A stretch of DNA of 64,000 nucleotides from positions 28,398,001 to 28,462,000 of the forward strand of contig NC_087251.1 of NCBI RefSeq assembly GCF_037042905.1. Reading direction: 5' to 3'. This stretch comes from Lytechinus pictus. Lineage: Eukaryota. A program made the position numbers and the translations under genes. Below, piece after piece: positions 1-13,970 of the stretch (position 1 is the stretch's first letter; every line of letters begins with the position of its first letter). Below the pieces are notes generated by a model that saw only the letters and a program-made list of their open reading frames with translations, ran no database searches and was not told the DNA's origin.

Positions 1-2405
1 ACTTTGATTAAAGGTTCCTCAATAAAAATATAAGATGTTCACCAATCACCCAGTCATTGGCAAATACATAAAAAAAACTCAGAATGCTCAGAGAGGTACA
101 TGTAAAACTAGTGCATTTTCGTTTGCTTTTCTCAATATTGTCAGTATGCCAATTCATAAAACCTTCGACTCGGCATAAGATGCATATATAAATATTGTTA
201 TTACCTTTATCCTTGTTTGAAGGAATTTATTAGTGTCAATAGTCCACTTGTTCATAACACATTCACAATCTCTCTGCTCATGCGGCAGGTTTATTTTACT
301 GATATAATGCTATGAATGGACTGGCTAAGTTGCTAATATTTGTATTTGAATAGTATTGTTTGCCCTTTCAAAGTTCAACATTTTTGTGTTTTCTGTATAA
401 ATCCAGGTATTTAAAATGTAGTTTTGACCATATATCCTCCAATATCCTCCAATATCATTGACTTTAATAAGCATACATGTATGATTCTAAGTCTATTAGA
501 TATACTCAGGGGCCATAGTTCAAAAAGATTTTCTTCTTTTTAGGGAGGAGGTGGGGACAATTTTAAAACTATGTTTAGGGGAAGAATTAATACCCCTTCA
601 AAACTGTAGTTTCTTGTTCTGTAGGTATTTTAAAACTTTGTGAAATCTATTTGAGAAATTTTAGAAGTGTAATAGTATCTGATATTTCTTTAGAAATTTG
701 ACAGAATATGTGTATGTGGAGGGGGGAGGGTAGAGCTCCCCTCTCTTATGCCTCAGAAATCATTTTTTTACAGGAGTGGCACCAAAGTAGTTTGATCAAG
801 GGGGGACGGAAATTGGACCTTAATATGACATTCTCCACCCCCCAAAAAATACTTTGACATAGCCATTCCTTTTTTTCGCCACTTTTCCCCCTTTGTTTAC
901 TTTTAATCATGGGGAAAATGGTTGGGGAGCCTTCTCCGCACCCCCCCCCCCATATCCAAATGCTAAAAGAGGTACAGTGTAGGAGTTAGTGATTAGCTTT
1001 GACCTAATAATGTGACCATTATCTTCAATTAGCATCTATACTAGAATTCCTTTGCTTAGGTGTCATAGATCAAACAATTTGGTAACGACTAATATCAAAT
1101 GTCTTTATGAAGTAATCGTTCATGAGCAATATGCAGTGAAAATGTGAAGTCATAATGTGTTTATTGAGTCACTACTACCTCTAGAATAAGGTGTACAAGT
1201 CAGATGCAACCATCTTTAACCTTAGTACTGTTTTGTAATGGAAATCAAATTTAGATGATCAATCCTTTCTTGGAATGCTCTATAAAAATATTGATTGAAG
1301 ATTTATACGCATATACAAATGGTAGCCTTTGTTAACAGGGGGTTCACAATCTTAAAATTGATTCAGGAATTAAATAATGGTCAAAGATCAATATTTTGAT
1401 ACCTTTTTATGAAAGTTGATTGAACTTAAGGTAGTCACTCTAAAAATAGAAACTTAAATCCCATCTTTTATTCAGTGGCTATCATTAACACTCATATGAA
1501 CTTTGCAAACTCTTCAGCTCCTGTTTCTGTTTTTTTTAAAGCATTTGAACTACCTTTTGTCAAATGGAAAGTAGAGTCTATTTTGCTTTGCGAAGATGAT
1601 TATTTATCACGACAATACACTATTGTAATGACAAATGAAAGGTTTGAATATAAAAATGATATTTGGCTATGCTGTGGGTCCACCATTTATATCATCTTTA
1701 TATCATTGATAGAGGTTTATTCGGCCTTGAAATCCTGAAGCTTGTAGTTGTGACCATTCACCTTAAAGCTATATTTAATTACAGTAAGACCAGACATGCA
1801 TGACACTTTATTATGTTTGGTGTATGGTGATCAATACATGCTTAACAATACCCTCGATGGGGTTACATTTGGTATCTCAGTGGAGAAATGTCAATGGTGT
1901 CAGAAGTTACTGAAGCTATTCTCTTACCCAAAGCAAACATGATCTAGCATTCAGAGATGTTTGAGGTCCCAACGCCTCCTCACTTGGCTCTGGTAACGCC
2001 AGGATTAAGTCTTTCTTCTCTTTTATTTACATCCCTCGTTATGCGACAATAATGAGTGAGGAGGCAGTTCCTCTGCACCCGTAATTGGAACGCAATCTCA
2101 GCAATGCATGTTGGCTCGTACAGAGGAACATGTGCAGGAAAGAGAAGCCGATAAGCTCTTGAACCTAGTGGCTTTTCCGCAATCATTGGAAACTAATTCT
2201 ATGACTTTGATGACTTTTTTTGCATGTGGGCTGCAAAATGTAGCAGTTTGAAATCTCACGGAGAGGATGGCTTTCGAGGGGCCGGAAAAGGGAGGGGAGA
2301 ACATGGAAAATGAGAGAATGCAAGTAGTTGTCAGTGTTCAGTCAATATTTGTTTGAGGAACTTTAATAGGAATCATGGTGTTGTGATAGTGTTCGATTGG
2401 GGAGT

Positions 2406-2490
2406 ATGGCCCAGAGAAGGTATAATCATGTTAGGAAGAGCCCCAAGAAAGAGAAAAAACAACCAGTGTATGTGGAGCTTTACATCTTGG
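2406..2490 (+). CDS. Candidate alternative first coding exon A (MAQRRYNHVRKSPKKEKKQPVYVELYIL-D)
   Basis: ATG, 28 codons + G, donor G|GTGAGT, phase 1. Joining to 12195 gives D-EQERVQKKTF. In-frame stop upstream at 2367. Confidence 0.4.
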
Positions 2491-4333
2491 GTGAGTATAT
2501 AATACCCCTCTACCCCCCCCCCCAAAAAAAAAAAAGCTGAGAGAAAGACCAGGATGTGCACGGCTCAGTGGTCGAGTGCCTGTTCCATGAACGGAATGGA
2601 TGTGGGATCAGTCTCATACCGAAGACTTGTAAAGAATGGGACCTTCTAGCTGGGCATGAAGACTGCAGAAGGTCATGGTAACATGTTGTGCAGAGTCTGT
2701 TTCTGGAGTACTATCTGATGAGGCTATGGAAAATTGATGAAAAACACCTTTTTTGTATGGAACTTAATTGAATGTGAATTTTATTGCATATCATGCTCAT
2801 ATTAAATAATTTAATGAATGCTTTGCTGTGAAGTCGTATGAAAGCATAAAGCCTTCCCAGGCTTTGTAGGTAAAAGACTCCCTTTGATATATTCATTGGA
2901 AATACAAACATTTTTTGATATGCTAATCATATAGTAGAAATATTAATCGCAGGTGACTCTGCCAAAGTCATATCTCTTGGGACTGTAGAAACTGTTCTGT
3001 AACAAGGAGAAGTTTTATGCATGCAAAAGAGGTGAATAACAAATGTTTTGCAGAATCTGATCTGAATATTTAATTTGATTATAAATACAGACTCAATTGT
3101 ACACGGATCTAGCTGCAGTATTTCAGATTAATTAGTAACATACAAATTAGTCCGGTGAACCTTATGTTCATCATTGCTTTATTCAATAAAAATTAAGCTG
3201 TTAAATTATTATTGAAAATACAATTTTCCTTTTTGTGAGTTGAACTTAGTTCTTATAGCACAATGAACCATTTGTCATTTTTTATGTTTGAAAAGAGAGT
3301 GGAGGGAGTTGAGTACGAAAAGTGCTTACAAATTGAACATGCTCAAGGGATTTGTATTTTGTCCAATAGTTCGATCACATTTGTGAATTTTGGTCTATTG
3401 TGTTGTCATTGCAATCCCAGCTTTGGGTTTTCCCCATGTTGTGGGGGTAATATCATAGAGCTATTTTGGTAATATTAAACCCTCTATTTTTTTCGTAGGC
3501 TCTTTTGCCACTTAATCCCAACCCCCTTAAAAAGAACTGATGCCCTCGCTAGATTATGTAATTAATTCAAATAAAAGGTCTAATAAATTGAAGAAAACTT
3601 TCTTCTCTCAAGAAGCGTATGATACCTCATAAAATGCACTTAAGTGACATCACAGTCAAGAGGTGTGAGGGTTTAACATCCTTTCAACTATATGTAAATG
3701 ATATATTATTTCTTTTTGGAATGATGCATGAATTCATGAAGTTTTTTTTCAATTGTGATATTTCAATGTTAATTTTCTTTATGAAATAACTCTTATTGAT
3801 TGAAAATAATTAAAGCAAAGTTTGAGCAAGACTGTTTAGAACAACCTTGGTACTGTAATTATTGGGTTTTCAACCCAAACATCAAATACACACTCTCCAT
3901 TTAAGATATTATAGAGGCAGAATAATATTTCAATTTTTTGTCACACAATCCATTTTGGAGGAGTCCTGCTGATCTTGAATGTTTGAAATCCCACTCAGCA
4001 TCTTTTACAGACTTGGCTTCCCTGCATTCACCCATCATTTTGCCCATGCTGAAATATTCATGCAGAAAGACACTGCTCAGGCTTGTTTGTTTAGACACCT
4101 TAAAGGAATTGTCACACCTGAATTTTTAAGCCAGGGTATGTAAACACGCATGTACATAGGCTATGGCAATCTCTTATTGCCTTTTTTTTCAAATTTGTAT
4201 TTGCCTTAATCTCTTATTTCCCTTTTTTTAATAACACAAATAATTATTCACAGTAAAAAAAATTGGAATATTTTGTGTTGTTAACAAAATGCTATTTTTT
4301 ATATCAAGAGTGGAAGACTTGATAAGAAGATAT

Positions 4334-4367
4334 ATGGGATATATAGACAAAATGGCTTGCTATACGT
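4334..4367 (+). CDS. Candidate alternative first coding exon B (MGYIDKMACYT-Y)
   Basis: ATG, 11 codons + T, donor T|GTAAGT, phase 1 compatible with 12195. Short, could be chance. Confidence 0.25.
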
Positions 4368-5954
4368 GTAAGTACGTTGGCATTCACTGGCTAATTACGT
4401 CCATGGTGTGGTTATGATTGAACATCTACAAGAAAATATGATGGCAGTAATAAATTGAATAATCTCATCAATTAAATCCTGATTTCCATTGATTTTATTT
4501 CTTTCGTTATTTTGATATCCTTTTTATGACCCACCTAACCTTGTACATCTGACGTCATTGTACATGGCTTTGAAAGTCATGTGGTTGGCCGATCTCTAGA
4601 TATTTGAGCCTACGTGTATGATGTGAGGAGAGACAGGTGTAACAATGATGGAGAAGTCATTAGTAGATTATCACCATTGACATATCATTTTAACATGATC
4701 ATTATACAGTAGGCCTATCTTGCTAAGGCATTTAGAAAGCTCTGCATTGCAAGATATTACAAAATGTGGATTTGAAAACAATTTTCTCCCGTAATTTCTT
4801 ACTGAATGAGAAGTGTCTTTCCTTTCTAATCATTTTACTTTTCATATTTTCATGAATCTATAGTTGTACATGTATCAATTTCGAGTTTTCAAGTTTTTGC
4901 TTGCTTTATATTATCAATAATCTTGTTTTTTATATCCTTTTTGATAAACACAAGGAAAGGTAATTTCCCTCTTTAAACATATTTTTATCCTTCAGTTCAT
5001 GCACGATGAGCATGCATTTTAGGAAAATTGTCACTTTTTAAAAATATTTTGTTGTGCCAAAATAACAGTGAATAACTTTAATTGGTTCTTTATAATGTGT
5101 TCTCACTAAATCATGTCATGGTTATAACCTCTTGATATGTTCTTACAACAATATATTCTGTTGAGAGATGTATATTTTTATAAAACTGGGTTGACTTTAC
5201 CACTTCAAGATTGCACTGAATCATAAAATATGTGATAAGTGCCAGGTACAATGGTGATGATGAAATCTTATGGTTAATAAGTGTAGGAACATCCCTGACA
5301 AATCATCTAGCTCACCACTGATCCATTAAAAGTTGTATTTAAAAGAGAGGAGGTTATTTTTTTTGTCGTTTTTAATATTCACAAATTTAAAGAGATGAAA
5401 TTAAGTAATTTGATTTAAATCAAGAAAGATTAAAACAAAAGAAGTACAGTTATATTTTTAATTTGACCGGCTTCATTTAATGAGGGAAGTGTTGCCTTTG
5501 GTGGGATATTGGTGATTCCATTCATGGTTTCTGTAGGATCCATGGTTCCACCATACATGTGCTATACTGCCTTGCATTCTGTAAATAGAAGGGTTTCTTG
5601 TTTCAATGTCAATAATGCCATAGGCTGTACAAATTTGGGATTGTGGCTCGAGTGACAATATCTGACCAACTCCAGAGCAACTTCTGACCATTGTGACTCT
5701 TTTCCATTTGATGTAGTGTTGCATTTTAGTAAGATTGATCATAGTCTAATGATTGTGCAAAATTATAGTTACTTATTTGATCCAAATAACACAATTTAAC
5801 ACAATGCAGTTACAGTACAAAAATGGCTTAGCTAAAACAGAAGAAAATAAATAAATTTAATGAAAATTGTATCATGGTTTGTGGTGTCATAATCAATTAT
5901 CATTTAGTCATGGTCCATATGAAAATAGGGAAAAAGCAAGTCGTAGGCCTATTT

Positions 5955-6024
5955 CAGGCATGACAATTCTCCGCGTTTCCGCGGATTTCCGCGTTTTTTG
6001 TTTGCTGAATTTCCCCCCCCCCCC

Positions 6025-6078
<54 letters not shown>

Positions 6079-6381
6079 TTTTTTTTTACTCCTAAAATCC
6101 GCGTTTTAATTTCCGATTTTTAGCGCTAAAATGTTTTAGCATATCTTACGTGTTATATGACGTTCGGCCTTTACAACGATTGCGCAGGAATCTCTTATCT
6201 AGCACATCTCAACTCTACACGTGTATTTCGCGGTGTGCATGCAGTGCAGCGGTGGTGTGCTTGCAATCGCTGGGGGCAATCCGGCGCGCCGGGCATGCAG
6301 CGACCGGATTGCCCACCGTCTTGTCAACGACATTTCCAAAACCCTTTCAGCTTTTTTTTTCATACCCAATTTTCATGCCTG
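5955..6381. mobile_element. Non-autonomous DNA transposon (MITE), hAT-like termini, 6-bp TSD
   Basis: TIR CAGGCATGACAATT / AATTTTCATGCCTG (13/14). Flanking direct repeat CTATTT at 5949-5954 and 6382-6387. CpG-rich interior with a C13-A~49 tract. Confidence 0.75.
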
Positions 6382-8856
6382 CTATTTGCTAATATAGCCC
6401 ATGTGATATGGTTGTTCATGACTTATTCTGTCATTGAAATTGAAATTAAATGATATAAAATTGAAATCAGAATTGTATTTTTTTAGACTACCATACAAAC
6501 AATTGTAATTTTATCATACCCTAGTTATTATTTCATTTTTTTTTCAAAATGTATTTAAATCAAATAAAGAATACAATGTATGCATCTCTAATCAGAGCCT
6601 ATTAGGTATCAATTTAAATTTAAAGAGCTGTATCCTGTATGTATCAATATGATTTTAAATCAGTATTAAGACAAATTAAAAGTCTTAGTTAATAATGAAT
6701 AGAGCATGCACAAACCCTCATAGTTTTGATTTAATTTGTGCAAAATCTTAATATTTACCTCATTTAACTTTAAAATCATATATGTCTTCAACAGCTTACC
6801 GATTTTCAAAAATGATAATAAAAGTTAACATGGAAGAAGTCAAGAATCTGTCTAATTTGGGGGTTTCATATTATAAATAGTAAGGCAGGTATTGATGTTT
6901 CATAGAGGTATACATATCTTCATGAGTAAAACAAATGAATTCATCTGTAGTACTAGGCAATGAAGAAAGTCATGTCATGATTAAAGCGAGTCTGCACATA
7001 TAGACTATCATGAAAGGTCAGATGAGGGGACATTGCTGCCATTCTGTTTACACTCCTGATCATGGTTGTGTGTTGCCATGGGAACACCCCCAGCATAGAA
7101 CAAGCTGGAATGTGTGTATTTGATAAATGGGTTAAACCCTGACTTTTGAGCTGGCTTTGATCATTAACTGGTTCTCTGAGATCAATCATGTTCTGTTGAT
7201 TTTCATAGTCTATCCCATGGTACCTTATCACTTTACTTGACCTTACCTTGTCTTTATGTTTTTATTTACTTATTCATTTATTTAAAATAATATTATTTCT
7301 TTATTAAAAAAATAGTTAATGATGTTATTTTACTCTATTTTCATGTTGAATGATGTTAGTTAAATTACAGGGTGTCTCTGTAATGCAGTTTTATAACACT
7401 GAACAGACCAAATAAAAGTAGAGAATACAAGTACAAATGTAATAAGGTTCAATAAATTCAACAGTTTACTAAGTAGATAACACAGTAAGATATTGGAAAT
7501 TGGCATATGTATACCATGGGAGTAAAAAGGGACAGGGAATATCATAAATTGAGAAAACAATTTGAACATTAGCCTTTATATTTCATAATAAAATCAGAAA
7601 ACTTCATAAAGTCCTACCATTTTTGTTCAGTTACATTGTAATGCTGTTTTAGCAACAACAAAAGATCAACAGGCCAGTCAATAGAGTGATTAAATTAATC
7701 CTATAATGGTCAGATGCAGACCTACTGGTATTCACTATTCACTATTCATGTTCACTGAGCCAATTTGTAATCAGTCACTGCACACAAATATTGCTGTGCA
7801 TCAGAACAGAGCATTATGATTTCTTCAGAAAATTGTAATTTTGTACAAAAAAATCATTAAGAGGTAGAGAAAAACACTGAAAAATATAGCTAGCTAAGCT
7901 ATGAATTCACAAATAATTATTGAGCCACTGCTATTACATCATCAAAGTCTGAAGATATTAACAGAAACCTTTCCTGGTCTCGCTCACTTCGGCTATGTTT
8001 TGTTCATTCAGGAGTGGAGTTCTTTTTGTTGATGTACGCTTAACAGTTAACAGTTCTGTGAATTTTCTTGGACAATAACCTGAATGCTTTCATTAATCCA
8101 GGGCAGGGCTTTTTAATCCTGGCTCTAACCCACAATAGGTCAAAAGATTCTATTTAGTAGAGAAAAATCAGTTTTCAAGCCCATTGAAGAGGGAGATGAA
8201 GAAGTATTGTCAACAATAATCTTCAATAGTTGCTCACTCAACCCTAGCTGGAACATGCTTAGACCCCAGAGGAAGGAAATACGGAACAGACAAATCTTAA
8301 CCTCAAACATTGTTGGAAATGTACACTGTGATTGTAGATAACAAACTTCTGTATCTTCTAAAACATGTGTAGTGTCTTCAACTACAGCATGTTCTGTGCT
8401 ATTATTAGAGATTAACTCCAATTAGAGAAGAAATTGTAATGATACAGTGCAGGTAGATCCCGTGGTGGTTTTATTTGGAGAACATTTTGAGTGATCGTCT
8501 TAAGATAGCGGAGTTATCTTACATTGGAGTGTTTAGAGAACATTTTGGTGACCTGACCTCCTGAGTGAGTGTTCCCCCGCAGAGTCCTAAACAAGTGTAT
8601 TGGTTTCCTCCAGAGAGCCGTACTACCAGACCTCCTGTATGTGCCTGCATCTTGGTGTTCATAGAGATGATGCTAGCGTCTGTATAGATGATGTTTGCGT
8701 TGGCTGTGGCCGCGAACATATAGCTTTCCCTGACAAGAGTACATGACGTGTTGACAGGAATATTTGGAATATAAATGGAATACTTTACACTTTACAGACA
8801 CAAGATATGTCACTGGATTGTACTTCTAGGTAGATGTTTTGCATGAGTGAACCAAT

Positions 8857-8893
8857 ATGTCTTACGTGAAGAAATTAGGACAGAAACTTCAAC
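8857..8893 (+). CDS. SYNE1: Probable first coding exon (MSYVKKLGQKLQ-H)
   Basis: ATG, 12 codons + C, donor C|GTAAGT, phase 1. Spliced QKLQ-H-EQE parallels the QRLQ-D-EQE of vertebrate nesprin-1 as I recall it. Confidence 0.65.
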
Positions 8894-9870
8894 GTAAGTG
8901 AATTTGTGTTGTAGATTCTATGGATAGATATGTGAAGAAGATAAGCTTGTGGTGTTTGAGTATGTGTGCTGCATATAAAGCATGGTCTAGTTGCACTAGA
9001 AATGCTGAGAATTTTGGGGAATGTAGGCAAACATCACATACATGTCAAATACATGGTTACTCTACTTTTTTCACTTGGCTATTTATGAAAAAATGTTAAT
9101 AAAAACATGTTTCATTTGTTGTTTTCTCTCATCCCACCAGATATACTTTCTCACTGGTGATCTGTTACCCAATCTGATTTTTTCCCTTTTTTCTTTAGTT
9201 TTTTGTAATAAGGTTGTTAGCTTCAATACATTGGTAGTGCATCAGACGAAACAAACCCCAAATGAAATGTAAATAATGAACAATAGTTGGTCAGTGCTCA
9301 AATCAGTATCATTTGTATTAATGGCTGACCTTAAACACTGTTTTTGTATGGTCATTGTGGTTTTGACCCAAATACAGATGAGGGGTTCAGAACAATTGGA
9401 CCATACTTGAACAGTGAAATACAATTTTTTTTCCAGCAATCAGAACTGCCGCCTCTTTCAAGAACTTGTATGGTCTCAAAGTAGCTGCCCAAAACATTCC
9501 CAAGCCTACATGTGAGGATTGAAAAGTTTAGAAGAACCGATACTTGTCAATAGGTTTTGGATGAAAATCATTTCATATAATACAAAATCACTGTATTTTG
9601 TCTGTTAGCCTTGAATTACTACAATATATACCATACACCTGCACCCATTATTTACACAAGGAATGAATCAATAGAATGCTATGCAATAGATAGATCTATG
9701 TTAGGGTACAGGGTCCATTGCTAAGCAATGTTCTCTATTTCATGAAATCAACTATCGTTCTGTCAGAAAGGAAATCAATCTACATGTAGGCCTATTTTAT
9801 ATTCAAAATTGTTTTTTTCATCTGTGATTTGCAGTCCATTTTAGTCACTAAATTCACACACATTTGAGGA

Positions 9871-10100
9871 CACTCTCTAAATGCAAAAGAAAATCTAGTC
9901 CCTACTCCTCTTGGAGTGATACTAGAGACCAATCCTTTTGGAGTGAACTGTACATCCTTTTTGAGTGCATTATGACTCCTTTTGGAGTGAACTGCAAGAA
10001 GATGCACATGCACTTCACTCCAAAAGTGATTATAGCCCCTAGTTTCAATCCAAGAGGAGAGTGATTAGGGACTAGATTAGCTCTTTTGCATTTAGAGAGC
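9871..10100. mobile_element. MITE with inverted termini (CACT-type start)
   Basis: CTCTCTAAATGCAAAAGA..AATCTAGTCCCTA at left; TAGGGACTAGATT..TCTTTTGCATTTAGAGAG at right; internal repeats CTTTTGGAGTGAACTG. Confidence 0.7.
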
Positions 10101-12194
10101 AATTTTCATTATTAACCCGGTTAGAAATCCATTTTCAGTACTGCAGAATTTCTCCTATTTTGAAGAAAAGATGACCATGTTTGAGTTTGTGATTAAATTA
10201 AGTGTATATATATCAAATTAGGGTAACATGCAAAGTACTTGTTTAGATTTTTAAAGTTACCTATTACAGCACAGAATTATAATAGAAAGCATAACAAAGA
10301 AGTGTCTTGCATCATGTCATGAGGAATCCAACAAAAAGGAAACCTTCGGATTCTTTCTTTTTGATTGTATAGTTTGAATTATGTTAAAGTCATATTGTCC
10401 CCCCCCCCAAAAAAAAAAAAGTATAGATCTCATTTTGAGAGTGGGCATGGAGCTAACACCTGAGCACTTACCCATGATGGGGCATTGTAGCCAAACATAT
10501 TAGTAATTTGCCCACTGAGCTCACAGCATGACAACATTGCCAAGGAGTTTCATATCCCATGTTGGTTTGGAAGCCCACTGTTCAAAACAACATTCATGAC
10601 TTCAGACTGGTAGCTTTGTCTTTATGGTAACCATCATGGAAACCTTGATCATGATTGGTTGCTGAGACCCGTTACCATGGTAGTTGTCATAATGGAAAAG
10701 TTACCATGGTTATAAACCTTTATGAAATTGGCCCTAGCCTAGGTTTCCTCAACATTCAAAGTCAATTTAATGAGAGTTGATGTGTAGGAGAAGATGGTTT
10801 GCTTGAAATTGGTACAACACCAACTCTTTAACCCTCGTTGAGGGATACTGCACCCTCCCCCTTGCGTACTAACTGCTGTCCTATCCAAGATACCATTTCA
10901 GCTCTACACAGTGTAAATCATTGCTTCAATTTACAGGTTGGAAGTCAGCTGAATTTTTGATTAATTATTTCTTGGTAAACAAACACTTTATAGGAAAGTA
11001 ATGATTTTAAAAGCTTTGGCTGAATACACAGAGTAGCCGACATTAGAATTGCTTGCGCTGGAGACAATAGAAGACCAATTTCTAGTTGTAATGGGGAAAC
11101 GGGGAATATTAAAAAAGATTAATGACAGAGATTATAGACATTATTTTTCCATTAAAAGCTCTGTGAATGCTCATAACCTGTGTGCATCAGCATGATGGGA
11201 CATATAGCATTGAAACCATGTGGTAGGATGTAGATTTGTCGCTATGGAAACATGAACATGACAACATCTGTTGTGTCATTATTAACTCGACCTTCCTGGA
11301 AGTTTGAATTGTAGCAATGATGTAGTATGCTACTTTCATATGCAGAAAAAATATTTTGGGGTGATATTCATTTATATCATATCCATTTCTTTTCATCATG
11401 TTTGAGGGTCCACATGTGTCATATTCCTTGAAAAATAAGGAAATGAAGCAAGTGGACCATACAAAATGGAAATTATAAACATGTAGAAATATGCATATAT
11501 ACATGTGTCAAATACATTAACTTTAACATTAACACAATACATGTATAATATGATACTACTAAAATACCAATAAAATTTCATTTCAAAATATGTAAATACC
11601 TAGATGTATTTGTAGTTATGTAAAATTTACATTGCTTCACATTGTTGATATTTTTTAATAAGGTAACAATTGATATCCAAACTTGATTGATTAAATATGA
11701 TTTTTCTCCTGCAATATATATTCATGTATAAATTTCTGGAAAATCTTTGTTTTAATCCTGCTTTCTTTGTTTTGTTAAGTCACTAGAATTTGATGGATAA
11801 GATGCTTCGTTGTAATGCTAGTATTGAAAAATCTAGTACCAGCAATAGTTTTTTCCTGAAATCAAAATTTGATTCTACTTTTAGTTGGAGTGTCCTGATC
11901 GTGATTAATGGGAATTTCAGAAATTTGACCTCCAAAGAAATCTTACTGGTTACTTTTCATTGACGAGTGTAGATTACAAATCTTTTCTTGCAGTGATTCT
12001 TTACATTTTTCATTCATGAACACTTTGTGACACTGAATATCCACAATGCCATCTCGGATAAGCTTAAGAAGAATTTTTATGAGGAGTCAGTATAACATTA
12101 ATTTAATGCCTTGACATAACAATCATCTTTGTACTTGTGAAATATATTAGAAATAAATTAATTTCATTTTAATTGTTTTTTGTATTTTATTCAG

Positions 12195-12256
12195 ATGAGC
12201 AAGAGAGGGTACAGAAGAAAACCTTCACAAACTGGATGAACTCTCACCTTGCCAAA
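12195..12256 (+). CDS. SYNE1: Exon, CH1 start
   Basis: ttcag|..|gtaagt; xEQERVQKKTFTNWMNSHLAK; 62 nt, phase 1 to 0. Confidence 0.95.
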
Positions 12257-12340
12257 GTAAGTTATTGTATTTTCTCACATCACAAATTATGTTCCTTTGC
12301 TTGTATCATAAACTCTCCATTATTGGACAAGATGATCTGC

Positions 12341-12705
12341 TAATAATAATAATAATGGTGGCTACCTAATTTAGTGCACAGGTCCAGTTTTCAGTGCTAA
12401 TGGCACTTCAGGAAAAATAAACATACACACAAACAATAATAGGAAAATAATAGAATTTTTAATTCTCCTGAATAAAACACAATAAACTGTTAATGGGAGA
12501 GTAACAAATAAGTTTTCAGTTGGGACTTGAATGTTTCTGTTGATGAAATTTGGCGTAATTGGATAGGCAGTTGATTCCATAGCTTTGGTCCTATAACAGA
12601 GAATGCATGGTCCCCCCATTTGTGTTTTGTTCTGGGTGTCTGGAGCAATAGAGCATCGGACGATGAGCGGAAACTACCTGAAGGCTGATTTTTTAGATAG
12701 AGCTG
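12341..12705 (-). mobile_element. L2-clade LINE 3' fragment
   Basis: Minus-strand peptide LLLQTPRTKHKWGDHAFSVIGPKLWNQLPIQLRQISSTETFKSQLKTYL resembles the L2/Crack ORF2 C-terminus; followed by a short 3' UTR and (TTA)n tail. Confidence 0.8.
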
Positions 12706-13280
12706 CTCAGATTTGTGGGGGAGAGAGAATAAACTAAATGATGTATAAGTAGAAGAATTTTGAAGGTGATTATTTTTTGTGATTAATGTGTTTGAATGAT
12801 TAAGATCACCATAATTGCAGGTCATCTTAAAAACTTCACTACACCATTTGATTATTTTAGTAAAAAAGAATCTACAACAGGTTACAGATTCAATTAAGTT
12901 ATGTTTTAAAGATATTCTACAGAAAGTCGGGGAATTCTAGTTCGTTTCTTGGCAGCCAACTAATAATTTTTAGCAATAGTTGAAGTTCAGTTACATTCTT
13001 ATGACATAATTTGTGATAAAGCTTATCAACAGGAACATGCATAAGATTTCATTTTGCATTTAAATGGGGTTTTAGAAATACGCTCTATAACTAAATCATT
13101 ATCATAAAAGGAAAAAAAAAAAAACTCAGCATTAAATTGGTGTACATCAATCCTGTACATCAATAAAATATAAATGCCATACAGTTATCAGTTAATAGCA
13201 ATGAGATTGTGTAAAGTGATGATTAGAAAATTATGTGTATTGCAATGTCTGTTCCACTAGAGCTTTTAATATTGTCACTG

Positions 13281-13742
13281 AGGCCGTTCTCATTACGCTT
13301 TCTAAAACTAGTTTACTGGAAACCGATTCAGGAAACCACTTAGGAAGATCGCTTTGCTAGCGTTCCCACTTGATCACACGAAAGTGGTTTTCAAAATCAC
13401 TTCACGTAAAGCGCTCTTGTTGCTATGGAAACGCTCTCAGTTGGGTGACACGTTTCGCGCGAAATCCGAAACCGCAGCATAGGCATTCTACACCTGTCGT
13501 GTGGAGTAGCGCGCTCAAAATGTGCGAAGATCGCTTCCCGAAGAACGGTTGTGTCCTCACTTACGCTAAATCCAGTTTAACGAGGCAAAACGATCTTGAA
13601 AACTACATCGTGAGGTGGTTTTCCAAACTGGTTTGGAAGATCACTTCCAAGACCGCTTCGACTGTTCTCACTACGCGTTAAACTAGTTTCCACTAAACTA
13701 GTTTCCAGTAAACTAGTTTTAGGAACGTAGTGAGAACAGCCT
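13281..13742. mobile_element. MITE with ~43-bp TIRs
   Basis: AGGCCGTTCTCATTACGCTTTCTAAAACTAGTTTACTGGAAAC vs GTTTCCAGTAAACTAGTTTTAGGAACGTAGTGAGAACAGCCT; CACTG on both flanks; CpG-rich. Confidence 0.85.
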
Positions 13743-13874
13743 CACTGTACACATATTTTAATAAACAAGGTAATCATGCAAGACTCTAAGAAAAAAATAA
13801 TAATGAAATTAGACGAAATATTTTTTTATAAATAAATATCCTGTTACTTTTTTAATATTTTCTTTTGATCTTAG

Positions 13875-13970
13875 CATGACCCACCACATAAGATTGATGA
13901 TCTCTTCCGTGACATCCAGACAGGAACAGTACTATTGGCACTCCTCGAGATACTCTCAGGAGAAGCTCTG
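13875..13970 (+). CDS. SYNE1: Exon, CH1
   Basis: ttag|..|gtaagt; HDPPHKIDDLFRDIQTGTVLLALLEILSGEAL. Confidence 0.95.

Noticed and set aside
2267..2323. Mini-ORF MAFEGPEKGGENMENERMQ as a first exon
   Set aside because: The nearest GT is a weak donor in phase 0, incompatible with the phase-1 exon at 12195.
5867..6109. ORF with poly-Pro/poly-Lys
   Set aside because: Translation of a C/A homopolymer inside a MITE.
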